Shown: piece after piece, positions 6,899-14,636 of the stretch
How positions within the stretch are numbered: the first letter of the stretch is position 1
Layout of the letters: each line of letters opens with the position of its first letter
Origin: a virus
DNA length: 59,887 nt
Strand: one strand, 5' to 3'
Virus record (IMG/VR): IMGVR_UViG_3300019884_000065
Position numbers and translations under genes: made by a program
Notes under the pieces: generated by a model
Told to the model about the DNA's origin: nothing
Seen by the model: only the letters and a program-made list of their open reading frames with translations
The model's database searches: none

Positions 6899-7750
6899 TC
6901 ACTCGGTCGTCGCCGTCTTCTTGGCTTCTTCTGCAGCCTTGGCTTCGGCCTTGGCCTTGGCTTCGGCTTCCTTCTTGGCCTTGGCTTCCTCGTCGGCCTT
7001 GGCCTTGGCTTCCGCCTTCGCCTTGGCTTCAGCTTCACGGTCGGCCTTGGCCTTCGCCTTGGCTTCCTCGTCGGCCTTCTTCTTGGCGGCGCGCTCTTCG
7101 GCTTCGGTGGCACGGTTCTCGGCACGCTCTTGGTGAGCTTCCCACTTGGCACTGCGGGCGTATTGGAACTGCGTGCTCACTGTTGCCGGGCTGATGCCGA
7201 GCTCACGGTCTGCCGTGATGGTGAGCGCGTCGCCGCGGGTGAGCGCCTTGTCTTCCCAGAGTGCCAGGGCACGAACGAAGTCGACCTTGGACATCTGATT
7301 GGTGCGCACCAGCTTGTCGAGGTTCTTGGCGTGCTCGCGGGCACGAGCCAGCACATCGTCGGCGGTCTTCACACGCTTGGGTTCTTCTTTTTCCTTCTTG
7401 CCGACAGTGGTTCGCTTGGATTGCTCGTTGGCAACCTGTTCGGCGGCGCCGAGGATGGTTGCGTCAGCCGGCTTTTCTTCCGGAGCAGTCACGTTCGTGT
7501 TGACCTCGTCGGTCTTGTCGGCGGCGGGATTGGGATTGGTCATGATGATTTCCTTTTCGTTAGCGGGAGTTGCGGGGATCGGCGCAGGTGCCAGTTTACC
7601 ATCGATCTGGAGCTGGTTGAAGTCGGCCTCGGTCTTAACCGTGCCTTCGTTGTTGCGGGCGAACTCACGGGCTTCTTCACGGTTGCCAATGGATGCCAGC
7701 AGAACACGTTGGCCGGTTGCGTTGAGGTTCTTGGAGACGACGTAGAACAT
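6899..7750 (-). CDS. Hypothetical protein with a C-terminal (K/E)A-repeat tail (283 aa)
   Basis: Track ORF behind CAGAAAGGCACACC. The C-terminal ~75 aa read EERAAKKKADEEAKAKAKADREAEAKAKAEAKAKADEEAKAKKEAEAKAKAEAKAAEEAKK. Confidence 0.7.
   Translation of the reverse strand: MFYVVSKNLNATGQRVLLASIGNREEAREFARNNEGTVKTEADFNQLQIDGKLAPAPIPATPANEKEIIMTNPNPAADKTDEVNTNVTAPEEKPADATILGAAEQVANEQSKRTTVGKKEKEEPKRVKTADDVLARAREHAKNLDKLVRTNQMSKVDFVRALALWEDKALTRGDALTITADRELGISPATVSTQFQYARSAKWEAHQERAENRATEAEERAAKKKADEEAKAKAKADREAEAKAKAEAKAKADEEAKAKKEAEAKAKAEAKAAEEAKKTATTE
6905..7135. repeat. Imperfect tandem DNA repeat (ggccttggcttc units) encoding the KAEA tail
   Basis: Read directly. It is a coding low-complexity repeat, not a spacer-containing array. 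Confidence 0.8.
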
Positions 7751-7804
7751 GGTGTGCCTTTCTGGGGTTGTTGATTAGTGCCGCTTGTTTGCTGCGACCT
7801 ATGT

Positions 7805-7810
7805 AATGTA
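7805..7810 (-). promoter_or_regulatory. -10-like box, TACATT subclass (GGGGTACATTACAT)
   Basis: It shares taatgtaccccagaa with the 4928 copy and lies upstream of 6899..7750. Confidence 0.35.
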
Positions 7811-7871
7811 CCCCAGAACCCAGCAGCAACCAGCCCAACCGCTAACTGAAGTGGAACAAGTTGTTCCTGAG

Positions 7872-8321
7872 CTATACCTTGAAACCTTTTGGTTCTGGAA
7901 ACCGCCACCGCGCCAGGTATTCCTCGGCTTGCCTATTAAAGGTGGCAACCGCCTTGGTAAACACGATGACACCGCGACGCTCGAAGTAGCTCGATTGCAT
8001 GGCACCCACGACCATGTCACTCGCTGGCGGTGCCCCGTAGTGCCAGGCGGCATTGGAGGTCGCCTCGGTGTTGGCGGTGACGATGTAGCAGTCACCTATG
8101 CGGTGTAGATCACCGCGCACGTACTTGCCCTCGAGGGGGCTATGAAAATAACAGCCGGTCAGAATGCAATCGGGGAGATTCATCTTGGTATCGAAAAGAA
8201 GAATAGGGAGATAAACACTGTAGCGCATATGATTACCGCTATCAGAAGAAGAATGCGTGCGGCGCAGACCGCAAGCTCGGTTGCAGTCATGGTTCGAAGC
8301 CAGGTTGGAGGACGTAGTCAT
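7872..8321 (-). CDS. Hypothetical protein (start uncertain: 8321, 8228 or 8183)
   Basis: Track ORF. The N-terminal ~30 aa overlap 8287..8484 and look non-protein-like. The remainder (..NLPDCILTGCYFHSPLEGKYVRGDLHRIGDCYIV..) is plausible. Confidence 0.5.
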   Translation of the reverse strand: MTTSSNLASNHDCNRACGLRRTHSSSDSGNHMRYSVYLPILLFDTKMNLPDCILTGCYFHSPLEGKYVRGDLHRIGDCYIVTANTEATSNAAWHYGAPPASDMVVGAMQSSYFERRGVIVFTKAVATFNRQAEEYLARWRFPEPKGFKV

Positions 8322-8484
8322 CGTCTACGACGACGTAAAAGCGGTCGGTAGTCTCTGGCTGCGTACTGTTGATTGCATCGCAGATGACCTTAGCCTGCTC
8401 TGCATTCAGGCGAGGTAAACCCGTGACGAACTTCTCGTCTGGGTAATCGCCGGCGAAGTTGTCTGTGTGAATGATTTTGGCCAT
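8287..8484 (-). CDS. Hypothetical protein (65 aa)
   Basis: Track ORF 8287..8532 trimmed to the ATG at 8484 (MAKIIHTDNF...). Confidence 0.45.
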   Translation of the reverse strand: MAKIIHTDNFAGDYPDEKFVTGLPRLNAEQAKVICDAINSTQPETTDRFYVVVDDDYVLQPGFEP

Positions 8485-8639
8485 AAGAATTAGGAGGGCA
8501 GTTTTCTCGGCATGCCCAGGCTCAAGCCACATTGTTTGTAGATCACAGGGCGTGTGGCAGATTAACCTTCAGTGCTTTAGAGGCCCACGATGCGAAAAAT
8601 CCTCTGCAGCTAGTTTGCCCCTGTCGCCGGGCTGTACCC

Positions 8640-9545
8640 CTAGAAGGGGATATCTTCATCAGGGCCGCTAGCCCCTTCAGGTGCCTTCGAGAAGTCCGGC
8701 TTCACGGCACCAGTCTTCACGCTCTTGGCGAACTCTTGTGCCTCAATGAACACCGGGTCTTGTGGACCCTTCAGATAGCCTTCGTGTGTGAAGGCCCAGC
8801 CCATCCAGCTGCCCTTCTCGTTGCTCTCGGGCACTGTGGTGACGCGCCATTTGCTGGCAAACATCGGAGGCGTATAGGGACCATTCGGCCCGCGGAGCTT
8901 GAGCAGGTTCTGCTGCATCAGCCACTGTCGCGCCTTCTTGATCTGCGTCGACGTCATTGTGATGAGTGCCGGCGACACCGTGCCTTCGTCCTCGTCGTAA
9001 ACCATCACAGAGAATGTGCGTGTGTCGTTGAGCTGATTGCCGCTCTCGATGATGTCGCGATTCTTGTCGTCACGCATACTCTTTTGGAGCAGTGTCAGAC
9101 CTTCTTCGACTTCGTGCTGGCCCTGGAAGCCGCCGCCGTTCTCGCGTAGACGCCACTCGATGAAGTAGCGGTCGTAAGCACAGGGCACAACAATGATGCG
9201 CCTGGCCACCGGGTCCATGAGCTCGCGTGTGACACTATTGAAGAGCATGCCCTCTGCTGCGCCTTCGATGTACTCGCCCTCGCTGCGCTTTACCTGCGGG
9301 CTGTTCGATTGCAGAATGACAAGGAACGGGATTGCCAGGTCGTCCTTCGTGAGGCCGGCGAACCCTTCGCCAGCGAAGCCGCTGAAGTCGTTATCTGCGG
9401 CTGTCGTCACGGCACCATTCGGCTTGACGGCGATGTTCGCCTCATCACCGTGCCCGTGGTGCGGCTGGTCGAACGCCTTGTCGGCGGGACTCTTGTCTTG
9501 CGGTGTTGCCGGTGGAATGGTGGAGGTTTTAACTTCGTCGGTCAT
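8640..9545 (-). CDS. Putative ssDNA-binding or annealing protein with an SSB-like acidic tail (301 aa)
   Basis: Track ORF trimmed to the ATG at 9545, which forms an ATGA overlap with the upstream stop. The R-rich N-terminal extension of the ORF is a shadow. The C-terminus ...GASGPDEDIPF mimics the bacterial SSB D-D-D-I-P-F tip. Confidence 0.5.
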   Translation of the reverse strand: MTDEVKTSTIPPATPQDKSPADKAFDQPHHGHGDEANIAVKPNGAVTTAADNDFSGFAGEGFAGLTKDDLAIPFLVILQSNSPQVKRSEGEYIEGAAEGMLFNSVTRELMDPVARRIIVVPCAYDRYFIEWRLRENGGGFQGQHEVEEGLTLLQKSMRDDKNRDIIESGNQLNDTRTFSVMVYDEDEGTVSPALITMTSTQIKKARQWLMQQNLLKLRGPNGPYTPPMFASKWRVTTVPESNEKGSWMGWAFTHEGYLKGPQDPVFIEAQEFAKSVKTGAVKPDFSKAPEGASGPDEDIPF

Positions 9546-10102
9546 CTTGATTTCCTTGCTTTCTCTTTGAGCTCTGCCTTTTTGAACTGAAACACGCTGA
9601 TAGAAGGTGGCAGAGCGGTACCTTCTTCCAGCAATTCTTTGACGAGGGACTTGAGAGTAGAAGCGTGTATCGATTCGATACTCTCTGGGATTACGCCGAA
9701 CTCCGTTATCGCGCTGCGCAGCCAAGTGCGTTGCTCCTCTGTTAATGTTCGAACGTCGACGTTGAATGCTTCTTTGATGACGCCGCCGTGCCCGTGCAGC
9801 CGCAGCCACTCGTGAGCGAAGGGACGGTTTTCGATGCTGATGTTGGCCTTGACGTCTGGTCGTACTGTGAGCACGGTGCCATCGGATAGGGTGTACGTGG
9901 CAACACCGGCGAGCTCCATGGCCTCGGGTAGGACGCCGAGCTGGAACTGGTTGAGGTCCGCGGTGAGGCGGTCGAGCTCTGCTTGTGCGTCGGCGACAGC
10001 GTTGATCTTCTCGCGAAGCGTCTGCGCCATCGTCACCAGCATCTGCAAGTGGTCCTCACGCGGAGGGCCAGTGTCTACGCCGCTGAAGTCGAAGTCGCTC
10101 AT
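9542..10102 (-). CDS. Hypothetical coiled-coil protein (186 aa), translationally coupled to the SSB-like gene
   Basis: Track ORF with an ATGA overlap to the downstream gene. Its function was not recognised. Confidence 0.6.
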   Translation of the reverse strand: MSDFDFSGVDTGPPREDHLQMLVTMAQTLREKINAVADAQAELDRLTADLNQFQLGVLPEAMELAGVATYTLSDGTVLTVRPDVKANISIENRPFAHEWLRLHGHGGVIKEAFNVDVRTLTEEQRTWLRSAITEFGVIPESIESIHASTLKSLVKELLEEGTALPPSISVFQFKKAELKEKARKSR

Positions 10103-10329
10103 ATGGCACTCGGGCTGAAGTCTTGGCGGAAGGCCGTCTCGGACACGACGACGGTTTTGTTCGGGTCGCCTGTGCTGTAGTAGACTATAGCCGGCAGCTC
10201 GGTGCCGAGTACCTTGAGCACTGTTTCGGTGGGTGTACCTTCATGGACATTGCCTGCCAACACGGTGAAGATTTCACCCGTCGCATTCTCGACGTACTCG
10301 CCGTCGTCTTCGATTGGTCCGTCAATCAT
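10099..10329 (-). CDS. Hypothetical acidic protein (76 aa)
   Basis: Track ORF with 4-nt overlaps on both sides. Confidence 0.55.
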   Translation of the reverse strand: MIDGPIEDDGEYVENATGEIFTVLAGNVHEGTPTETVLKVLGTELPAIVYYSTGDPNKTVVVSETAFRQDFSPSAI

Positions 10330-10508
10330 GGCGTCTTCCTTTCCTCTTCATGTGATATCTGCAGGCTCAGTCTTATCATGATGTCGGCCATCTCGACCAG
10401 GAGTCGTCGTGCGAACATGATGTCGACGTGCTCGTTCAAGATGCGTGTTCTGAGCGCATCCCAGCAGCGAGCCTTGAACTCGTCCTTGTGTTGTTCTACT
10501 TGCGCCAT
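10326..10508 (-). CDS. Hypothetical protein (about 60 aa; start 10508 or 10538)
   Basis: Track ORF 10326..10538. The ATG at 10508 minimises overlap with 10496..10723. Confidence 0.45.
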   Translation of the reverse strand: MAQVEQHKDEFKARCWDALRTRILNEHVDIMFARRLLVEMADIMIRLSLQISHEEERKTP

Positions 10509-10723
10509 GTGCTCCCCTTGATTGCGCAAGCGCTGCAACGTGTCTGCTTGCCGGACGTTAGGTTATATGCGTAGTATTCCCGAACCGTGCCGCACACTTT
10601 GCATTTCGCTTTGACGAAAATTTTGTAGCCAACACGGCGCAGTGACGCTAGGTCGAGTTGTAGTGATTGGAGCTTCAATGAGCCGAGCTTCTCAATCAAC
10701 TTGTTGAATGGGATGGATGTCAT
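10496..10723 (-). CDS. Small zinc-ribbon protein (75 aa)
   Basis: Trimmed to the ATG at 10723, which forms an ATGA overlap with the upstream stop. The motif is CKVCG...CSAC. Confidence 0.5.
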   Translation of the reverse strand: MTSIPFNKLIEKLGSLKLQSLQLDLASLRRVGYKIFVKAKCKVCGTVREYYAYNLTSGKQTRCSACAIKGSTWRK

Positions 10724-10899
10724 CGCGGCAACATCCCTGCTCGGTTGTTCCACTCGCGCCGGCCGCAGGTGCTGCAGATGCGGTAGTTGCTCTCATTGCT
10801 CTCCCACTGCCAGGAGTGGGGACGGCTGATCTGATCCGGTGGGTCGGAGTCAACGGTGCAGTTATTCTCGGTGTTGTCGGCGCGTAGGTCTTCGTTCAT
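10720..10899 (-). CDS. Small Cys/His-containing protein (59 aa)
   Basis: Below the track cutoff. Hand translation gives MNEDLRADNTENNCTVDSDPPDQISRPHSWQWESNESNYRICSTCGRREWNNRAGMLPR. A TAATG overlap lies upstream and an ATGA overlap downstream. Confidence 0.45.
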   Translation of the reverse strand: MNEDLRADNTENNCTVDSDPPDQISRPHSWQWESNESNYRICSTCGRREWNNRAGMLPR

Positions 10900-11195
10900 T
10901 ACTTGACCTCTTTTATATTGCCATGTTCGTCGATAGTGACTACGGTCTTACCCATCGTCATTGCGATCTTCTGAAGATCCCTGCTGTCGATCTTGTTCTG
11001 ATCGCCGAAAGCCTTGTCCCATTCCTCTTGCGTTACACCGGACATGAGGAACTGCCGCTGGTCCGCGGTAAGTTCGGGGAAGACTATCTGGATGAGTTCA
11101 CCGCTTGTCAGCCAGTGGTTCACTCTCTCCGCTGTCACTGGGAGGTCCAGTGTGTTCCACTTATCTGTGAGTACACTCTGCCTGGTTATCAGCAT
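10899..11195 (-). CDS. Hypothetical protein, paralog B of a tandem pair (98 aa)
   Basis: Trimmed to the ATG at 11195 behind CAGAAAGGAAAGCGAATC. MLITRQSVLTDKWNTLDLPVT...ELTADQRQFLMSGVTQEEW aligns with the neighbouring gene. Confidence 0.6.
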   Translation of the reverse strand: MLITRQSVLTDKWNTLDLPVTAERVNHWLTSGELIQIVFPELTADQRQFLMSGVTQEEWDKAFGDQNKIDSRDLQKIAMTMGKTVVTIDEHGNIKEVK

Positions 11196-11404
11196 GATTC
11201 GCTTTCCTTTCTGGTTAAGATTTCCCACTCAGCTAGCGTGGTGCCAGTGGTGAGAAAATGAATCTGTTGCTTGGTGAGTTTGGGATAAGTGTCTCGAATT
11301 GCCGAGACACCCTCCCTCTGCCATGCGTCGAATTGTTCTTGGGTTAATGGCACCTCCATCGTGTGCCATTGTTTCGTGAGCACGCTCTGCAACTTAACTA
11401 GCAT
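11189..11404 (-). CDS. Hypothetical protein, paralog A of a tandem pair (71 aa)
   Basis: Trimmed to the ATG at 11404 behind CAGAAAGGATGAA. MLVKLQSVLTKQWHTMEVPLT...KLTKQQIHFLTTGTTLAEW. Confidence 0.6.
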   Translation of the reverse strand: MLVKLQSVLTKQWHTMEVPLTQEQFDAWQREGVSAIRDTYPKLTKQQIHFLTTGTTLAEWEILTRKESESC

Positions 11405-11430
11405 TTCATCCTTTCTGGGTTGGGAAACTA

Positions 11431-11802
11431 TTACGCCGGCACTGCTTCGCTTTGCCGCTTGGTATGAATGTCGACGACGATTGCGAGGTACTTCCGCACC
11501 TGGCGGTCCCACACAAGCACGGGAACGACACCGCCGTTGACCTCGGAGACGATTGCGCTGGCAGCTGCGATGACGACAGGGTCGCCCAGGCACAGTAGCC
11601 AGTCGTTCGGTTTGAAGTCGCGCAGCTTCTCACGCATCTGAGTGATGGCGAGCTGAGGCGAGATCAACACGGGGCCAGAGGGCAAGAGCACCTCGAGGCT
11701 GCCGTACTCGCGCGCAGCTGTCAGGTCGTATTTGTAGACGAGGTCGTTGTAGACGTTTCGTCGCATGGGGTTCTGGGTAATAAAGACGCGACCGGATTTC
11801 AT
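11431..11802 (-). CDS. Hypothetical protein (123 aa)
   Basis: Track ORF 11431..11868 trimmed to the ATG at 11802 (MKSGRVFITQNP...). Confidence 0.55.
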   Translation of the reverse strand: MKSGRVFITQNPMRRNVYNDLVYKYDLTAAREYGSLEVLLPSGPVLISPQLAITQMREKLRDFKPNDWLLCLGDPVVIAAASAIVSEVNGGVVPVLVWDRQVRKYLAIVVDIHTKRQSEAVPA

Positions 11803-11858
11803 GGTGGCTCCCTTTCTCAATAGAGTTTTGGTATTGTAGTGTAAAAGCAAGAAAGTCG

Positions 11859-13430
11859 CTATTGCCATACATGAGCAATCGCTGCACGTAATACTACTTC
11901 GCTGACGTCTTCAGCATTGCGCAAACAGCGCACGACATCTTCATCGATTGTGTGCTGCGCTGTGAGGTCGTACACCTGCACAGTTTGCGCACCATCAGTA
12001 CGTGCCAGCCGGCTGATAGCCTGGAGACGGTCGAGGTATGGGTAATCGTTGGAGTAGAAAACCATGTAGGAGGCAACGCCTTGAAGACCGTCTAACCCTG
12101 TGCCTCCTGCCTTCTGCTGACCGACGAAGAAACGGCACTTCGGATCATCGATGAAGCGTCGCTTGCTGGCATCCTTTTCTTTGGCGGTCATGCGCCCGTG
12201 ATATTGAGTCACAGCCTCAGCACCGCAGACGTGTGTTAGCGTGCTAACGACCATGTCGATCTCTGCCGAGAACCTACACCAGATGACGAGCTTCTCGTCT
12301 TCGAGCTCGAGAGCGAGCTGTAGGAGTTCCTGCACCTTGGGATTCTCGCCCTCCGGTGTGACAGGCTTGGCTTGTGGGTCGTCGTCGCTGGGCGCAAAGC
12401 CCCCTACAACCTGCGATAGGCGGATGGCCAGGGCCAGTGCCCCCTCAGTGGTCAGTTGTCCGCCAGGGGCCTGTGCCACGCCCCATTTGATGAGCTCGTC
12501 GTAGAGCATTTGCTGAGCCGGGTGAAGTGTGATGTAGCGATGGTCTTGGTTGACGATCGGCTCGGTACCGTTGACATCCGCCAGTGTAAGAAAGACCGAA
12601 TGCTTCTCGATGCGTCGACGCAGGTCGCCGAGGTTGCGGTAGATAGGCTTGTCTTCATCATCCTTGGCAATGATCGCCGGGTAGATGGGGTTGCCATTCT
12701 TGTCCCGTCGAAGCCGGCCTTTCGAGTCTAGGTTCTTGACGATGTGCTGCACAAGAGGATTGTGCGGGCCTAGCATCAAAGCGTAGGTACTCTTGAAAGA
12801 CGCCAGGCTCGCGTAGCCGAGCGTAGCATCGCCCAGCAACTCGAACTGCCCCCATGCAGAGAACGGGTTCTGCCGAATGAGCGTACCAGTGCCAATGCGC
12901 TTCACACGCGCGTAGCGCATCACCGGCTTGACAGCCTTATACACGTCGCTGCGCGGATTGCTGGTGCGGTGGCTCTCGTCGTCGATGCACATATAGCGCT
13001 TCACGGCTTGCAGCATCTTGATGAGCTTCTTACCGCGGGGCGTTTGTAGTGCATCGAAGCTCATGGTCAACACGAACATGGTGTCGTTCGGCGGTGTTGC
13101 CAGAACTGCACGCTCGAGTTTCTCGAACGCGAGCTTACGCATCTTCGAATGGTAGTTCCAGCAGACCGTGGGAACAGCGCAATGCTTCGGCACGCCTTCC
13201 TCGATCCACTGGCGGTCAACACCGTCGGGAGCGATCACGACCAATGCGTCGATGCGGTGTGCTAGGAAATTCATAGCAGCCTGGTCCAGGCCGATCTTAG
13301 TCTTACCCGTACCTGGACGGCACAGGTAAGCCAAAGATGGGCGGTCCCAGGAGGACTCGATGACCTCGCCCTGTTTGCCACGAGGTGCGGTCTTATACTT
13401 AAACGCGGGCGGCGGTGGCGTCAGCAGCAT
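11859..13430 (-). CDS. SNF2/DEAD-like superfamily-2 helicase (about 523 aa; start 13430 or 13487)
   Basis: Walker A PGTGKTK, Walker B DDESH, a C-terminal helicase lobe with GGTGLDG, and QAISRLAR (motif VI-like). Confidence 0.8.
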   Translation of the reverse strand: MLLTPPPPAFKYKTAPRGKQGEVIESSWDRPSLAYLCRPGTGKTKIGLDQAAMNFLAHRIDALVVIAPDGVDRQWIEEGVPKHCAVPTVCWNYHSKMRKLAFEKLERAVLATPPNDTMFVLTMSFDALQTPRGKKLIKMLQAVKRYMCIDDESHRTSNPRSDVYKAVKPVMRYARVKRIGTGTLIRQNPFSAWGQFELLGDATLGYASLASFKSTYALMLGPHNPLVQHIVKNLDSKGRLRRDKNGNPIYPAIIAKDDEDKPIYRNLGDLRRRIEKHSVFLTLADVNGTEPIVNQDHRYITLHPAQQMLYDELIKWGVAQAPGGQLTTEGALALAIRLSQVVGGFAPSDDDPQAKPVTPEGENPKVQELLQLALELEDEKLVIWCRFSAEIDMVVSTLTHVCGAEAVTQYHGRMTAKEKDASKRRFIDDPKCRFFVGQQKAGGTGLDGLQGVASYMVFYSNDYPYLDRLQAISRLARTDGAQTVQVYDLTAQHTIDEDVVRCLRNAEDVSEVVLRAAIAHVWQ

Positions 13431-13962
13431 GATGAGTCTTTGGGTGATAAGCGGCTCGTCGCTGGATGGCCGTGAGCCAGCCGACATTGCCTGGCTCGTA
13501 GTTCCTGAGCTTGTTGAGGCGACAGAACATGGTGCCTTCTGGACGTGGGCCTACGTCTTCCAGCCAGTGCTCGAACGACTGTAGCCAGCGTTCACACACG
13601 CGAACGCCGAGTGCGCCTGCGTCTGGGTAGCCCTTGTGATAACTCTTGGTTGTTTTGAGAATCATGTTCTTCCAAATCATGTAGAGCGGGTGATCGCTTT
13701 TCTTCTTGCCGTCGACTCTGATCTTATTGAGGCAACCACACGATGTCACCCTTCCGAGGCGTAGATACCTGCCTTGAACGGACTTGACAACACCGCAGTC
13801 GCACTGCACGACGAACGCACGGTTGCTGCCGACATTGTCTGAACGCTTGACGACGACGAGCGCGCCGTAGCGGGTACCTGGCGGGAGGTCGATGGTGCCG
13901 AACGCGCTTGTGTTGGCGCTATGCCAGGAATTAGGCCATGTGCTGGTAATTGGGTTCTTCAT
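13399..13962 (-). CDS. Putative zinc-ribbon DNA-binding protein (187 aa)
   Basis: Track ORF behind CAGAAAGCAAGAA. It has CDCG...CGC followed by YMIWKNM...GVRVCERW...DVGPRP, a pattern I associate with phage HNH- or AP2-associated DNA-binding proteins. The function is uncertain. Confidence 0.45.
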   Translation of the reverse strand: MKNPITSTWPNSWHSANTSAFGTIDLPPGTRYGALVVVKRSDNVGSNRAFVVQCDCGVVKSVQGRYLRLGRVTSCGCLNKIRVDGKKKSDHPLYMIWKNMILKTTKSYHKGYPDAGALGVRVCERWLQSFEHWLEDVGPRPEGTMFCRLNKLRNYEPGNVGWLTAIQRRAAYHPKTHHAADATAARV

Positions 13963-13985
13963 TTCTTGCTTTCTGTTGGCTGGGC

Positions 13986-14240
13986 TTAGTGCAGTGATAA
14001 CGGGTTGCAGTTGAGGACTAAGAATTGCTCAAGGCGTGCTTCGACCTCCTCGAGTTGAGGCGTCTTCTCACGCCAGGTTTTAATCTGCCGCTGGAATGTT
14101 TTGCGCATGGCGCCGGTGAGGTATGTGAAGGAATGATTCTCCTTGTCGACGACCTCAAATCCCTCAGAGCGTAGTGCCCCGGAGCCGCTGATTTGGCAGA
14201 CGATGTAGTGTTCGTTTTCGAAGAGGCAGTTGAGTTCCAT
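13986..14240 (-). CDS. Hypothetical protein (84 aa)
   Basis: Track ORF that abuts 14242..14481. Confidence 0.55.
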   Translation of the reverse strand: MELNCLFENEHYIVCQISGSGALRSEGFEVVDKENHSFTYLTGAMRKTFQRQIKTWREKTPQLEEVEARLEQFLVLNCNPLSLH

Positions 14241-14241
14241 T

Positions 14242-14481
14242 TTAGTTTCCGATCCGCTTGGTAAGTTCTTTCGTGAGTAGTGCCTCGAATTCTTTTGGGT
14301 CGAATTCTTTTATGCCGCGGTCGTGTAAGTCTCGATGAAGACGTGCTGCTGCTTTGTAGCCCATAGCCTCCGTCTTTTCCTGGTCGCGTCGTGTCAGCCT
14401 GGCGAAGTTTATTCCCTCTATTGTTCTTGCCACCTCGCGATCGAGCCAGGTTGAAAATTCTGTGCTTACTGTGAGTGCCAT
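14242..14481 (-). CDS. Hypothetical protein (79 aa), first gene of the minus-strand arm
   Basis: Track ORF 14242..14646 trimmed to the ATG at 14481 behind CAGAAAGGCAGCCAAG. Confidence 0.6.
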   Translation of the reverse strand: MALTVSTEFSTWLDREVARTIEGINFARLTRRDQEKTEAMGYKAAARLHRDLHDRGIKEFDPKEFEALLTKELTKRIGN

Positions 14482-14512
14482 CTTGGCTGCCTTTCTGGGT
14501 TGGGATGTGGCG

Positions 14513-14540
14513 ACTATACAGGGGAAAAGCGAGCTGTCAA
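14513..14540 (-). promoter_or_regulatory. Leftward sigma70-like promoter (TTGACA-N16-TATAGT)
   Basis: The minus strand reads GTTGACAGCTCGCTTTTCCCCTGTATAGT, with -35 at 14535-14540 and -10 at 14513-14518. Confidence 0.6.
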
Positions 14541-14560
14541 CTGTTGAGTGTAGTCGGATT

Positions 14561-14588
14561 TTGACACCCACAAAACCGGGTGTAAAAT
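14561..14588 (+). promoter_or_regulatory. Rightward sigma70-like promoter (TTGACA-N16-TAAAAT)
   Basis: ttgacacccacaaaaccgggtgtaaaat is followed by a sense CAGAAAG (14618-14624) and the ATG at 14637. Confidence 0.6.
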
Positions 14589-14636
14589 GTACGGCCCGAC
14601 CTACACAGAACCCTACCCAGAAAGGTAAGAAAGAAT

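Noticed and set aside
6905-7135. Possible CRISPR-like or satellite repeat array
   Set aside because: The units are short, imperfect and contiguous with no spacers. They lie in frame inside a CDS, encoding KAEA repeats.
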